DNA of 64,000 nucleotides, from the NCBI GenBank assembly GCA_964057225.1, contig OZ059897.1, forward strand, positions 6,572,001 through 6,636,000, read 5' to 3'. Origin of the DNA: Auanema rhodensis. Its lineage: Eukaryota; Animalia; Nematoda. How positions within the stretch are numbered: position 1 is the first letter of the stretch; the number at the start of each line of letters is the position of its first letter. Of this stretch, positions 13,481 through 24,305 are shown one piece after another. The position numbers and the translations under genes were made by a program. Under the pieces are notes generated by a model. The model did no database searches. It saw only the letters and a list, made by a program, of their open reading frames with translations, and was not told where the DNA came from.

Positions 13481-14069
13481 TTAGGTGTGCGCAAAAGTTT
13501 CTGGCCACCCACATTTAAATTTGAATAAATATTTTAAAATTGAAAATTAGCATGAACTAAATTCAAAATTATATTTAAAAAATTGTTTGAAATTTGAATT
13601 ATAAAAAAAAATTTTTTTTCACTTTTATTTTCGTTTTTGCTCTTGTTTTCTGAAATGGCTTTCGACAAGCAACACGAGCGTAATTGTCTGAAGCTGTATT
13701 TCAATCAAGGTTCAAATGGCTTAAAAGCTTATAATCTTCTCAAATTCATTTATGGTGAAGATATACCTTCTTATAGTACCTGTAAATCATGGTACGTTAG
13801 ATTTAAATCTAACAACTTGGATCTGGGAAACCTTTCAAGATCAGGAAGGCCGCTAAAGTTGCCTAAGGAGGAATAATTGAGTCACGGTGAGACGTTGAAT
13901 AGTAAGCTTTATGCCGAACAAATTCAACGGCTTCAGGAGGCAGTTTTGTTGAAACGCTAACGAAAACCCAAAAAAATTTATCTCCTTCATGACAACGCGC
14001 GGCCACATGTGGCTCAAGACGTGTGTCCAGTTGCGGACGAAAATGGATGCCAGGAACTTTTGCGCACAC

Positions 14070-14073
<4 letters not shown>
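13481..14073 (+). mobile_element. Internally deleted mariner (Tc1/mariner) DNA transposon, 593 bp
   Basis: TIRs TTAGGTGTGCGCAAAAGTTTCTGGC at 13481 and GCCAGGAACTTTTGCGCACACCTAA ending 14073, both flanked by TA/(TA)n. Encodes a mariner HTH (..IYGEDIPSYSTCKSWYVRFKS..RSGRP) and a catalytic-domain fragment (GETLNSKLY..LLHDNARPHVA) with in-frame stops. Confidence 0.93.
13655..14040 (+). pseudogene. Mariner transposase remnant (HTH fused in frame to HDNARPH fragment, two stops)
   Basis: ATG 13655, open for 73 codons to TAA 13874-13876. The same frame continues LSHGETLNSKLYAEQIQRLQEAVLLKR*RKPKKIYLLHDNARPHVAQ. The WVPHEL, first catalytic Asp and YSPDL segments are missing. Confidence 0.85.
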
Positions 14074-14112
<39 letters not shown>

Positions 14113-14311
14113 TATCAATGTATATACATATACTTATTTGCACATATGTATGTACTATATTTATTTTTTTATGTAAAGTTTTGTGTGTTTGTATAGGTTT
14201 CCATTTTTCTCTTCACCCTAGCTGTAATGACCTCTTGTTTTTGTGCATGTATAAATGAGTAAACTTTTTCTGGCTTTATGAACTGAATTTATTTTATACA
14301 TGATCCAAGAT

Positions 14312-14824
14312 CTACTTGCTAGGAGTTTTCATTTTGTAAGACAATTTTATATATTTTTGAGTTCCAGCCTTACTAATCACGTAGAGGTATTCATCCTTGA
14401 TTTGGTATGTCCGATCTCCCATTGAAGCTTTACCGGCCTCAATTTTTCAAAATAGTTATGATACCAAGTTATAACTTACTTCGAAACGTACGGGAGGTGA
14501 AGATGGTCCCATGTACCAAATGCTGCATTGCGGGCCTACTGAACTGCTGGCGTCTAGAACAATAGCTTGTAATGTAAAAATTAAAAGCAGATGATTACCG
14601 GTACGGAAGTCATAAACTCCTCCTGATCCGTTAACAATGACTCTGCCAAAGCAACGAGCACCATCACAGCATTCGACTTGGTATCCTTGTTTCTCATCAT
14701 TGATAATCTTCAAAATTGAATGATATATTTATGAAAACATTTGAAATACCTTTATGTGATCAGCATATACATGAGTGAAGCACAAAACTACAAGAAGTAG
14801 CTGTAAAATTGAACCAAACCACAT
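14312..14824 (-). CDS. Small secreted Cys-containing protein of unknown family (~127 aa, 4 exons)
   Basis: TTTTAG lies immediately before the ATG. Spliced product MWFGSILQLLLVVLCFTHVYA-DHIK|IINDEKQGYQVECCDGARCFGRVIVNGSGGVYDFRT|DASSSVGPQCSIWYMGPSSPPVRFE|AGKASMGDRTYQIKDEYLYVISKAGTQKYIKLSYKMKTPSK*. All introns are GT-AG and frame-consistent. Confidence 0.75.
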
Positions 14825-15462
14825 CTAAAAACCTTATTGAACAAGTTAAAAGATACAATAGAAGTTAGTAAGCTGAGCTAGTAGGCGGACGTCAAAGCTC
14901 ATTGTTTAAGACTTTTTATTGATGAAAACAAGATTCCAAGTGTAATATCTTGAAGGATGTAATGATCAATTTTCATTGATCTGAATTATAATCTACTAAC
15001 TTTCTTCTGGTATAAACATATTTTGTTATTTTAATGCATATTGAGCGGTTGTACGTCGAAGAACTTTATTTTATCAAGCTGTATACAATACAGGTTAGTT
15101 TCAATTTCGCAGAAATAATTATAAAGCATACATACAACAAAACCATATTAGTCCCTGATCTTAAACTTTTAAAAGAACTTGAATAATGTTAAAGTTATAT
15201 TTATTATTAGTGATTGAGTATTGAATGATACAAGTTAAAAGCCAAGTAGATGAGACATGAAACGACCAGCGAACTCATAAATAGCCCACGATACAAAATG
15301 AGATGCAAATGAGATACAAAGGTACTAAAAACTTAAAACAGTTAACACGAATCTACACATTAACCGTATAAATAAAAAATCTTGAAATAATGTACAATAT
15401 GAACAAACAAACAATAAAAAACTTTGAATATTAAGTAAAACGAACATTTCCTAGGTAAATAG

Positions 15463-17247
15463 TTAGAATAAAGCTGTTTCAGTGGGATCCGAAGTAACAA
15501 GTTGGGGTACTTCCATTGTGGAAGAACAATTCGGACAATACCACTTCCCCTTGGGTACTGTTTGAATGCCAACACATCCATAGTGGAACCATTGGATACG
15601 ACACTAAAGTTTATATATCTTAACAACACACACACAACACTCTCACCTGCTTGTTGTCACATGCAACCATTTCACCATAGCTAGGCTCTCCACAGAAACA
15701 CCAAGATTTCTGGGCATCATCAGAATCTCCATTTTCTGATAACGAAGTCGTGTGAATCTCATGGACATGATATCAAACCTTCAAGATCACCGTCCAGCTC
15801 TACTGGATGAGTGGTAGAATGATGTCGGCGCTGCCTTTGCACTGCCTCCGTGAACATTTCTTGAACTCGCGAAGTCAACCTGGAGTAAAGCAATTTACAT
15901 AAGCTGTTAATTTGAACTCACTTTCTGGGTCTCCCGTGTCTGCTTTCTGGTCCGACAAATGCTGATAGCGATGGGGTAGCAAGATGAGTGAACGCATTCT
16001 GAAATAGAAGATAAATAGAAAAAGGGAGTTCAGAATCAATTACTCCAAGGAATGAGCTATTTGGTGAATGATCTTCTGCTGCAACAGAACCAGACCAGCC
16101 TAGAATTTTTATTTGCTTTTGCAAGATATAACGTTAAAAGTACTACTTTTTTCTGAAACAGCAGGAGATACACTTAATCCATTCAATGAAGAAGACACAG
16201 AGAGTGAAGTTTTTAGAGAATGGCTTATAGAAGGGCGTTTCTGAAGCAGAACTATTATTAAGGTAAATTTAAAATTAGACATACGCGAGGTACAGGATCT
16301 TCTCTATCCAATTTTCTAACTTTAGTTTGCCCATTATTCTGGTTATTAGCAAGAGCTAAAGGTAGCAATAACTAAAAGAAAAAATAACTTTAAAAAAATA
16401 AAAATTTTAAAAATTTACATCTTCGTCATTTAAGCCCAGGTCTGATTGAACAACAGACGAAAGTAAGAAATCTTCAGTAGATCCTATCCTAAAATAGTAA
16501 TTGGACATTATAAGAATATCAAATTTAGAAACGTACTTTCGTGGAGGTTTGGCTATTTCACTGTTGAATATTTGAGAAGTACCATTAACATGACCATTGG
16601 TATGCTTTCGCTTCCGTTCCTTTCTCATCGATATAACAGATTGAACATAAGTTGAGAATCCTAAAAATCGTAATAAGAAAAATAAATACTTATATTAACC
16701 AACGAGTTTCAATTGTTTCAGTAACTCCGGGATTATCAGCCTCCAATTCATATTTGAAATGCGTTTTTTCTTTTTCTAGATGCTGAACATATCTAAAACA
16801 AACACAAACTTCAAAACAAAAAAAAATTTTAAATGCTCACTTTTCAACTAATTCCTGCATTCTTTCAGCAATCGCTACTTTATCTTCAGCAAGTGTGCGA
16901 AGTCTTTGGTATTCCTAAATATATTCTTGTTGAAGTCTTTTAAAATAAATAACTTACAACTTTAAGTTGCTGATATCGCTCCTGCTTTTCTGTTTCAGTC
17001 ATTTTCTCAGCTTCGTTAAAATAATCAAGAATAGCTTTATTATTTCGTTCCAGGCCAGCTGAAAAAAAATGTAGAAAATAACAATAAGTATCATTCCAAC
17101 CTTGAACTTCTTCATCAAGATGTCTTAATTCTGCACATCTATCTTTCAGCTCACTGGGTAGCTCATCCAGCACTATACAAGCAGAATTAACAAAAAATTT
17201 GAAAAATTATTCCACTTACTCTCCAAAAAATCATCTAGGAATAGCAT
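15463..17247 (-). CDS. ing-3: Inhibitor of growth 3 (ING3) orthologue, multi-exon
   Basis: [62 protein letters not shown] closely resembles the C. elegans ING-3 N-terminus as recalled. ESRHGRPRK|LTSRV motif. [22 protein letters not shown]|[26 protein letters not shown]. Confidence 0.92.
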
Positions 17248-17426
17248 GTTTGGTTCAAAACCTATAACAGAAAATAATTGCAATTTAAAAAATGTCACAA
17301 TGAATGTAGAGGTATAAAATAAGCATTTAACTGATAAAAACGTTAATGAGAAATTGCATAAAAATTTATCCGTAAAGAAATACGATTACATCCTATCTAC
17401 TGAACAATAGAATTTTCCAATCTACT

Positions 17427-18317
17427 TTAGTCCTCCTCAAGATCGAATGAATAGTTCACGACGGGGAATTTTCGAGCATCATCAAATGGATAAGCTCGAT
17501 AGAAGTCATATGGATATTGTTTAGGCATCTACAATCAAGTTGTGGAAAAAAATGTAAATATTAATGACATACCACAGGGTTTCTCCATCGGAGAGCATTT
17601 GGATGGTCATTACAGAAATACCAAGCCAATAACGCCATTGGAACAAGAACACGAAGACACAGAACAATTGAACCCCAACTTAATTATGAAAAATAGTTAA
17701 ATATATTAAGAAAAGCTTTACGTGGTATAATCTTCAGCTTCTAATCCAGTGAAAGTCAAGCGATCTCCCCTGTAGCGCATCATATCAATTCCAACCTAAT
17801 TTCAGAAAATAGAAAAGATTCAAACTGAAATAATAATAATACCAATTCTCCCCAATTTCTTCTGTTTTGAGAATCAGTCCAGTTCTCATAAGGATCTTTG
17901 TGATCATATGTTACTACTCCAAGGTCTGGATAATCTCCAGCATATCTAACAACATCTTCTTGATTCATGGGTTTGTAATCTTCAGGACGAAGACCATACC
18001 TTGAAAAACATGAACAAATAAAACTTTTTCTTAATATGCGAAACGTACTTCATGGCAGCGGCTTTGCGCTCTTCATCAGTAGTTGGGTATGCTGATGGCT
18101 TGTGGTCTCTTGGATACCATCCGTCAAAAGACAAAGGTCCTCGTTCTAAAAATAATAGCGGTAACATGTAATCATTTAACTGTGATCAGAATAATATTAA
18201 ACCACAATGAATAGATAATTCATATAATGTTAAATAAGACTAAAAAAACTTACGGGACAATACCCGAGAAGAGTGCACATAACGACGCGCAACTGCTCTC
18301 AAGTTTGAGGATAGCAT
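17427..18317 (-). CDS. NDUFB8: NADH:ubiquinone oxidoreductase subunit NDUFB8 (ASHI) orthologue, multi-exon
   Basis: Mitochondrial presequence MLSSNLRAVARRYVHSSRVLS. Family motifs PSAYPTTDEERKAAAMK|YGLRPEDYKP, GDYPDL, DPYENWTDSQNRRNWGE, a single TM segment, and MPKQYPY..VVNYSF. Confidence 0.92.
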
Positions 18318-18427
18318 TTTCCTTCCTATTATAGAATTTAATTAATATATAGCATTAAAAATAAAAATAAAAACGATCAATTTTCCTCAAAATCTTCAAA
18401 AATTTTGACGCTCACGTCAATGCAGAT

Positions 18428-18435
18428 TGACGTCA
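18428..18435. promoter_or_regulatory. Perfect CRE palindrome TGACGTCA upstream of the NDUFB8/ing-3 unit
   Basis: About 110 bp upstream of the NDUFB8 ATG, next to the inverted half-sites TTGACG-ctca-CGTCAA (18405-18420). Function is inferred. Confidence 0.4.
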
Positions 18436-21400
18436 GCAAGTGGTGCACGCTATCTTGTAAACATCGTGCATGAATTAATATCCGCAAAAAATAATTATAT
18501 GCAAACTTTTGCACTTTTTGAGGAATTGTTGGTAAATTTAGAAAAAACAGCAATATTTTTATTATTTTTATTTGTTCAATTGTTATACAAAACTCTCTGA
18601 AACGTTTTGTTTTTGAAATGCCTTCAACATATCTCAAAGTTGATATTCGTTCATAATCATTTCCTAGAAATGCTAATGTTGGAAATGGTTTGCTCTCATT
18701 TTTGATGCATAAAAATGCAAATCTTGACTATGATTTATTTTTTCAAGGAAAATAATTGGTGCAAAACCTTATTAGCATACGCTGTGCTTGGAACGTATAT
18801 CAAAAAAATTGTATTTTATGTGTTGTTATCGTTCTAACCGGTTGTTTCTTTAATCTACGTTATTCTTCATGGGCGCTTGAGTTCTATTTTTATCACATTT
18901 CATAAATAATTCTCAATTAACAATAGTTTTTTCCAAGGTTATCCCAACTTCTTATATACCAATTACATATCAAATCCTTTTTTTTAGCTGCCATCCATAA
19001 CAAGCCATTCGACATTTCGCCAATCTCTCTGAATGTTTTTAGTTCGCAAGCCCAATGTAACATGATGGGTTCATCATCATTGGAATTCTAGCACATTGTA
19101 TTTGACACATTAAGAAGGCATCAGCTTTATAATTTGAGAGAGAAAGAATGTGAATTATTTCGTATTCTCCTGTTCATAGATCAGTCTTTTTCTTAGATAC
19201 TATGGGTTCATACTAAAATCAGGTTATTGAAAGAGAACACAAGAAAGAATTAAAGAAAAGAGGAATGGATTTATAAAACGGCGAATGAGGAAGTACGCCA
19301 TAAAAGTGGTCGACGCTCTTATATTTTAACGGTATTCGAATGAAAGATAAAGTTTTAGTTCTTATTAGAACAGTGTCAAAATGCTGGTTCGCAAACGATG
19401 ATTTGAACAATATGTACTCTTGTCAATCAGGTTTACTTTCAATATAACTGACCATTTGATTCAATGACTGTTACGTTGATAACATAATAATTGTTTTATT
19501 GTAACAAACGAAATGGTTCGTGTGCAGACTGGAAGTGACAAACATATTTATGAAACAACTTGATTAGTAAAGTGTATCGAAACAGGAGCAAATTGGTTTA
19601 CCGGAATCATCCTGCCTCACTTGGACAACATCTAAAAATTACAAAAAATTAAGAAAAAAATATCGTTCACTAAATATTATTGATTTATTAGAAATTAATA
19701 ATAAGAAAAAATTAAATGGAAGCGTTAGAATCACTATGAAACACGGCTGACAATGAAAAATTTGTTCGAATATGAATATGATGTTTCGCATGTCGATCAC
19801 AATACAAAAAATGTCTTTAAGATCAGAAATCTCTTCAAGATGTACTAAACACGGTATATAAACATGTTAGATGTCATTGGTATTTGGTTTTTCTTAGGAA
19901 ACATGACGAATGATAACTAAGAAATATGTTTTCAGGTCGTATGATAAGTGGACAGTTATACCATCACCTTGTTGAAGTTAGGAATGATGATGATGTTGGT
20001 GATGAAGATAGTGATGTTGATGTTGATAATGTTGATGGCCGATATAGCTTAGTACTTCTTTTCTTATGTCTTATTGTAAACAGAGAAAAAAATCATAAAA
20101 CACATATGATTGTTGTCTAAAATCACATGAGGACGGATAAAAAGACATCTGACAGTTTTGATAATGAAATGAATCGTCATACGAATCATATGAAATATCT
20201 GCTGACCAATCATCACGAAGACGTTGTCCCACATGATAATTGTAAACTTACATATTTATCTAAAAACAATACTTTTATCCCAATTAAGATGTTAACATAA
20301 CTGCTTTTGAAGCTTTCTAGATGGGCGTCTCTTTTTCGAAATCCGTATAAGGCATTCCTTTGACGTAAGTTTCTTCAGTCACCGCGCCCATATTACAGCT
20401 ACTATAATTGGATTTTGTTGATTAAAGATCAACTACTGGGCGAATATATTGTATTTCGTGAAGATGACTATCCATTCATGAACATCCCCAGATGTTTAAT
20501 TGAAAATTTAAAAATTTGTCCTGGAATTGAAAAAAAATGAAGACTTCTTGTGTGATAATTACATGAATGAAAAATGGATCATCAAACATTTCAAGCCAAA
20601 GTTGACCATCGTACGACAGTATTTGACGAGGTTCATCATTCCGACTGTTCGGCCTCGGGGAATTCCATTCCGAAAAGATTACGGCATTTCGTTCAATTAA
20701 CTTCTTCAGATTTCAAATGTTTGAATCATCTTATCGTTTCTTTCCATTTTAAAAATAGTTACAAAAGCTTTTTTCTTTGTTTTTTCAAAACTTTACCGCG
20801 TTTCTTCGTACTTCATTTCCATACTTACCCAACTGGCTCCGCCCTCTGGGTGAAAGTCCCGTTTGTGACGAAGTTGCCTTCAAAACAGCCGTGACTAAAC
20901 ATGACCAAGACTATATATAGCCGGGGGAAACCTATCATTTCCATCAAGCATTTCTACTCCTATTGTAGTTTCTTCCCTCCGATTCCCTTCATCTTTCATC
21001 TTCGTACTTAGTACTTTTTAACTTTTACAGTATTTTGAATACAGCGAGTTAACCACTTCTATAAGTAGGAGCATGTTTCTCATAATTTCCCTAACTTATT
21101 GAAGTAGTTCTTAACCTTTCTCAAATGCTCAATTCGAAGAAAATAATTTTCAGTACAAAATTCCTTTATAAAAGTTTCGTATCAAGACTCTCTCTAGCAC
21201 CAACCAAACTTTTAATTCGAGTAATTGACTTAACAATTCATCTAAATTCTGTTATTTATCTACCTAATTATGATCGTACCAGGTGACGAAACACTGTTAA
21301 TTCCCCTTTTAGCTCCCTAATTACCGGTTTTCCAACTGTTCCTAAAGATTCTAACAGACATATTTTAGATTCTTGCAATAGTTCAGTAATTAGCTATTGT

Positions 21401-21490
21401 TCTCGATTCCACTTTCTCTTTTATACCTACGTGTATCCTCAGAAGTTTTACCAAGATTCTTTACTTTACAGTTTTCACATTCAAATCAAA

Positions 21491-22564
21491 ATGTCTGCTC
21501 GTTGCGCTGTTCTCATCTTAGCTGTAAGCCTTGGTTGTATGGCTGTCCCAGTAGTTCCTGGACTCGAGGATCTCCATTTGCCAACATTTGCTAAGGAAGA
21601 AACACACTGTAAGTCATAAACTTCGTTCTCTCTCAAACAAAAAAAAACGTTTTGAACAACCATGCTATGTGTCAAAGAATTTTTTGTGTCATTGTCATTA
21701 GTAAGCCGATAGACGATGATCAATCATATGATTTTTATCTTTTTTTCATTCATGTGATAATGATTATTATCATTTCAGCTGAAAAATTCACTCGTTCTGA
21801 CACAAACAAAGATAAGAAACTTACTTTTGACGAGTTTTTACATATGGAATTAGCCTACGTAGAAGCTAAGAAGGAAGAGTTTGATGGACTTGATCAAGAC
21901 CGTGAGTAACCATAAAGCATGATTCTAGTAATGAGCTCCTTCTTACAGATAACGGATATATCAGTCAAGAAGAATATGAGAAGCATTATCATGCTGTTAA
22001 CAGCAAGAGTGCTGCTCTCAGAGCCGAATACTTCAGCAAAGTCTTCGAAGTAAGATTTTCTTTTTGAAAATTCAAATCATACAAATTATTATTTAAGGAG
22101 TTCGATGAAGATTTCGACATGTCTTTAAGCCAAGATGAAGTTGAAAGAATCCTCGCTGAGAGGTAACACAATAGCCTCATATGTATTTTATCATATTTGA
22201 TATTCAGATTCCTCGTCAAGCCAAAGGAGAACTTCCCAAAGATCTTCTACAGCTTCGACTCCGACCACAGTGGAGGACTCGACTTATCTGGTAAGTTACT
22301 TTTCATCACACTTCAAACACTCGAGCATACTCCCAAGAACTGTTGAACTTCGAATTCATTTCAGAGTACATGAAGTTTGATTCCAACTTCCCATTCGACC
22401 AGACCACCGCTATCAAGGACACCGATTCCAAACAAGAGAAGCTTCCAGGAGACAAACCAAAAGCTCAAAATGATAATCCAATCGTTGAATCATCAGCTGA
22501 CGAAGCTGCCATCAAGGCTGTCCTAGCTCAATCAGGAGTGAGAAGAGCTGCTGCTGTAGCCTAA
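21491..22564 (+). CDS. Secreted multi-EF-hand calcium-binding protein (6 exons)
   Basis: Signal peptide MSARCAVLILAVSLGCMA. Four EF loops: DTNKDKKLTFDE, DQD|HNGYISQEE, DEDFDMSLSQDE, DSDHSGGLDLS|E. Stop 22562-22564. Confidence 0.88.
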
Positions 22565-24305
22565 ACTCATACTATTCTCAACACTCTCAATATTTTATGT
22601 TTCATCTTAGCTCACCTTACATCCTCCTTCTGGTCTCATTTGTAAATTTAATTAATGTATATAGAAATGATTTTCACAGGTACAATGATCTACTTATTAT
22701 ATCATATAAGCAGATGCCTGACTGATCTTTCAACTCAAAGCATTATAATACATTTATATATGTTTTTCTGAAAAATAAAAATAAATTATTTATTCAACTA
22801 TTTTTTAACCTTTTTTCAAAAACCTGAGACATAATTTATGAAATGGAAAAAAAAGCCAACTATTCTCTTGTAAATCTATTATTTTTAGATCTTAAGTAGG
22901 TGACACATTGAACTTTAAGTTCAAATAATTCTATTTATGTAAAGCATTGAGCTGTTCAAATATCATCCAATGTTGAACAATAAAAATTAGAATCATTTCT
23001 AGCTCCCAAACTGTTTAGTAGACTATAAGCTTCGTCTCAGTCTAAAACAAAATGTTCATATTGGCAACTAGTTTTTCTTGTTTTTCTCGTTTTTTCTCAG
23101 AAAACTATTCCACTTATATGTATGTAATGATCAATTCATATTTAGATTTGTAACATTTGCTCAAATTAATAACAAGAATTTATATTTTCGAAAAGGTTTA
23201 TTGCCTTTAAGCATGTTCTCCACGGTGATATAACAGCGTTTCGAACAGTTTAAAAGTATATTAAAGTAAAAATATAGTTAAGTTTTAAGTAATTTCCCTT
23301 AAATTAAAGGGATTTGCAGGAAATTGTTCAAAGAATCAATTCATGTATCTCAGAAATCGAACTTAAATTTTAAATTAAATGATTGGCTTGTTAATTTATG
23401 CTAATTTATCTTATATCTTTTATATCATTCAAGTTTTAAATTGTTTTAATTCATTCGAAGCAAAAGTTATTCATACAATTAAATTTGTAGTCCAACTTAA
23501 TCTTTTTATTATATTCCAGAAAAAAAGGAAAGAATATACTTCCTGGATTTGGATTAAAGAATCAAAATAAAAGAAGATAAAAATGAGATTTAAAAATTTT
23601 ACTTTACAAAAACTTATATAGGTTGCAAACTAAAGGTGAAGCTTTTGATTCAACTGATTTATTCTATTCTGACATCATTCAGAGTATGCTCATTGAAAAT
23701 GGTTGAACGGAAAGCACTTCTTTCCTATTTTGCTACTTTTTATTTGAACTACATTGACGAAAAAAAAAAATTAAAATTCAAGTTCTATGAAAACAGAACT
23801 TCTTGATATGCATGCACTGATTTTCCTGCAAATCTCTTTTTTTTTATTTTCACTTTTAGATTTGTAAGAAAAAAATTTTTCGAACTGATTTTTGTTTTTT
23901 TAGAAAAACAAAAATTGTAGTTTGATGTAGATTACAAGTCTAAACATCAACTTAAGTATATTCTATGCTGATATTGATTTCTCTTTCAAAATCTTGAGGA
24001 AAGATTGAGATTGTTCTTTTTTTTTTAGAGGCTCAATGTCATTTTTAAAAAATTTTTGATGAAGAGCGGTTGCTTTCATTTTTTTCTTTCACAATACTAT
24101 TTTGTTTCTATTCATTGTTAGATTTTATTAAAATTATTTATAGTAAAAGAGTAATGTTATATTTCTTTAAAAAAAAAGAAAACATATTAATCATTCATTT
24201 ATTAAAATTTATAACAAATTTCCAGAATTGAATATACATCCATGAATGCATTCTTCAAATTTTTTTTCAATATTCATGAAATTAATGAGATTTCGTTATG
24301 ATTTT

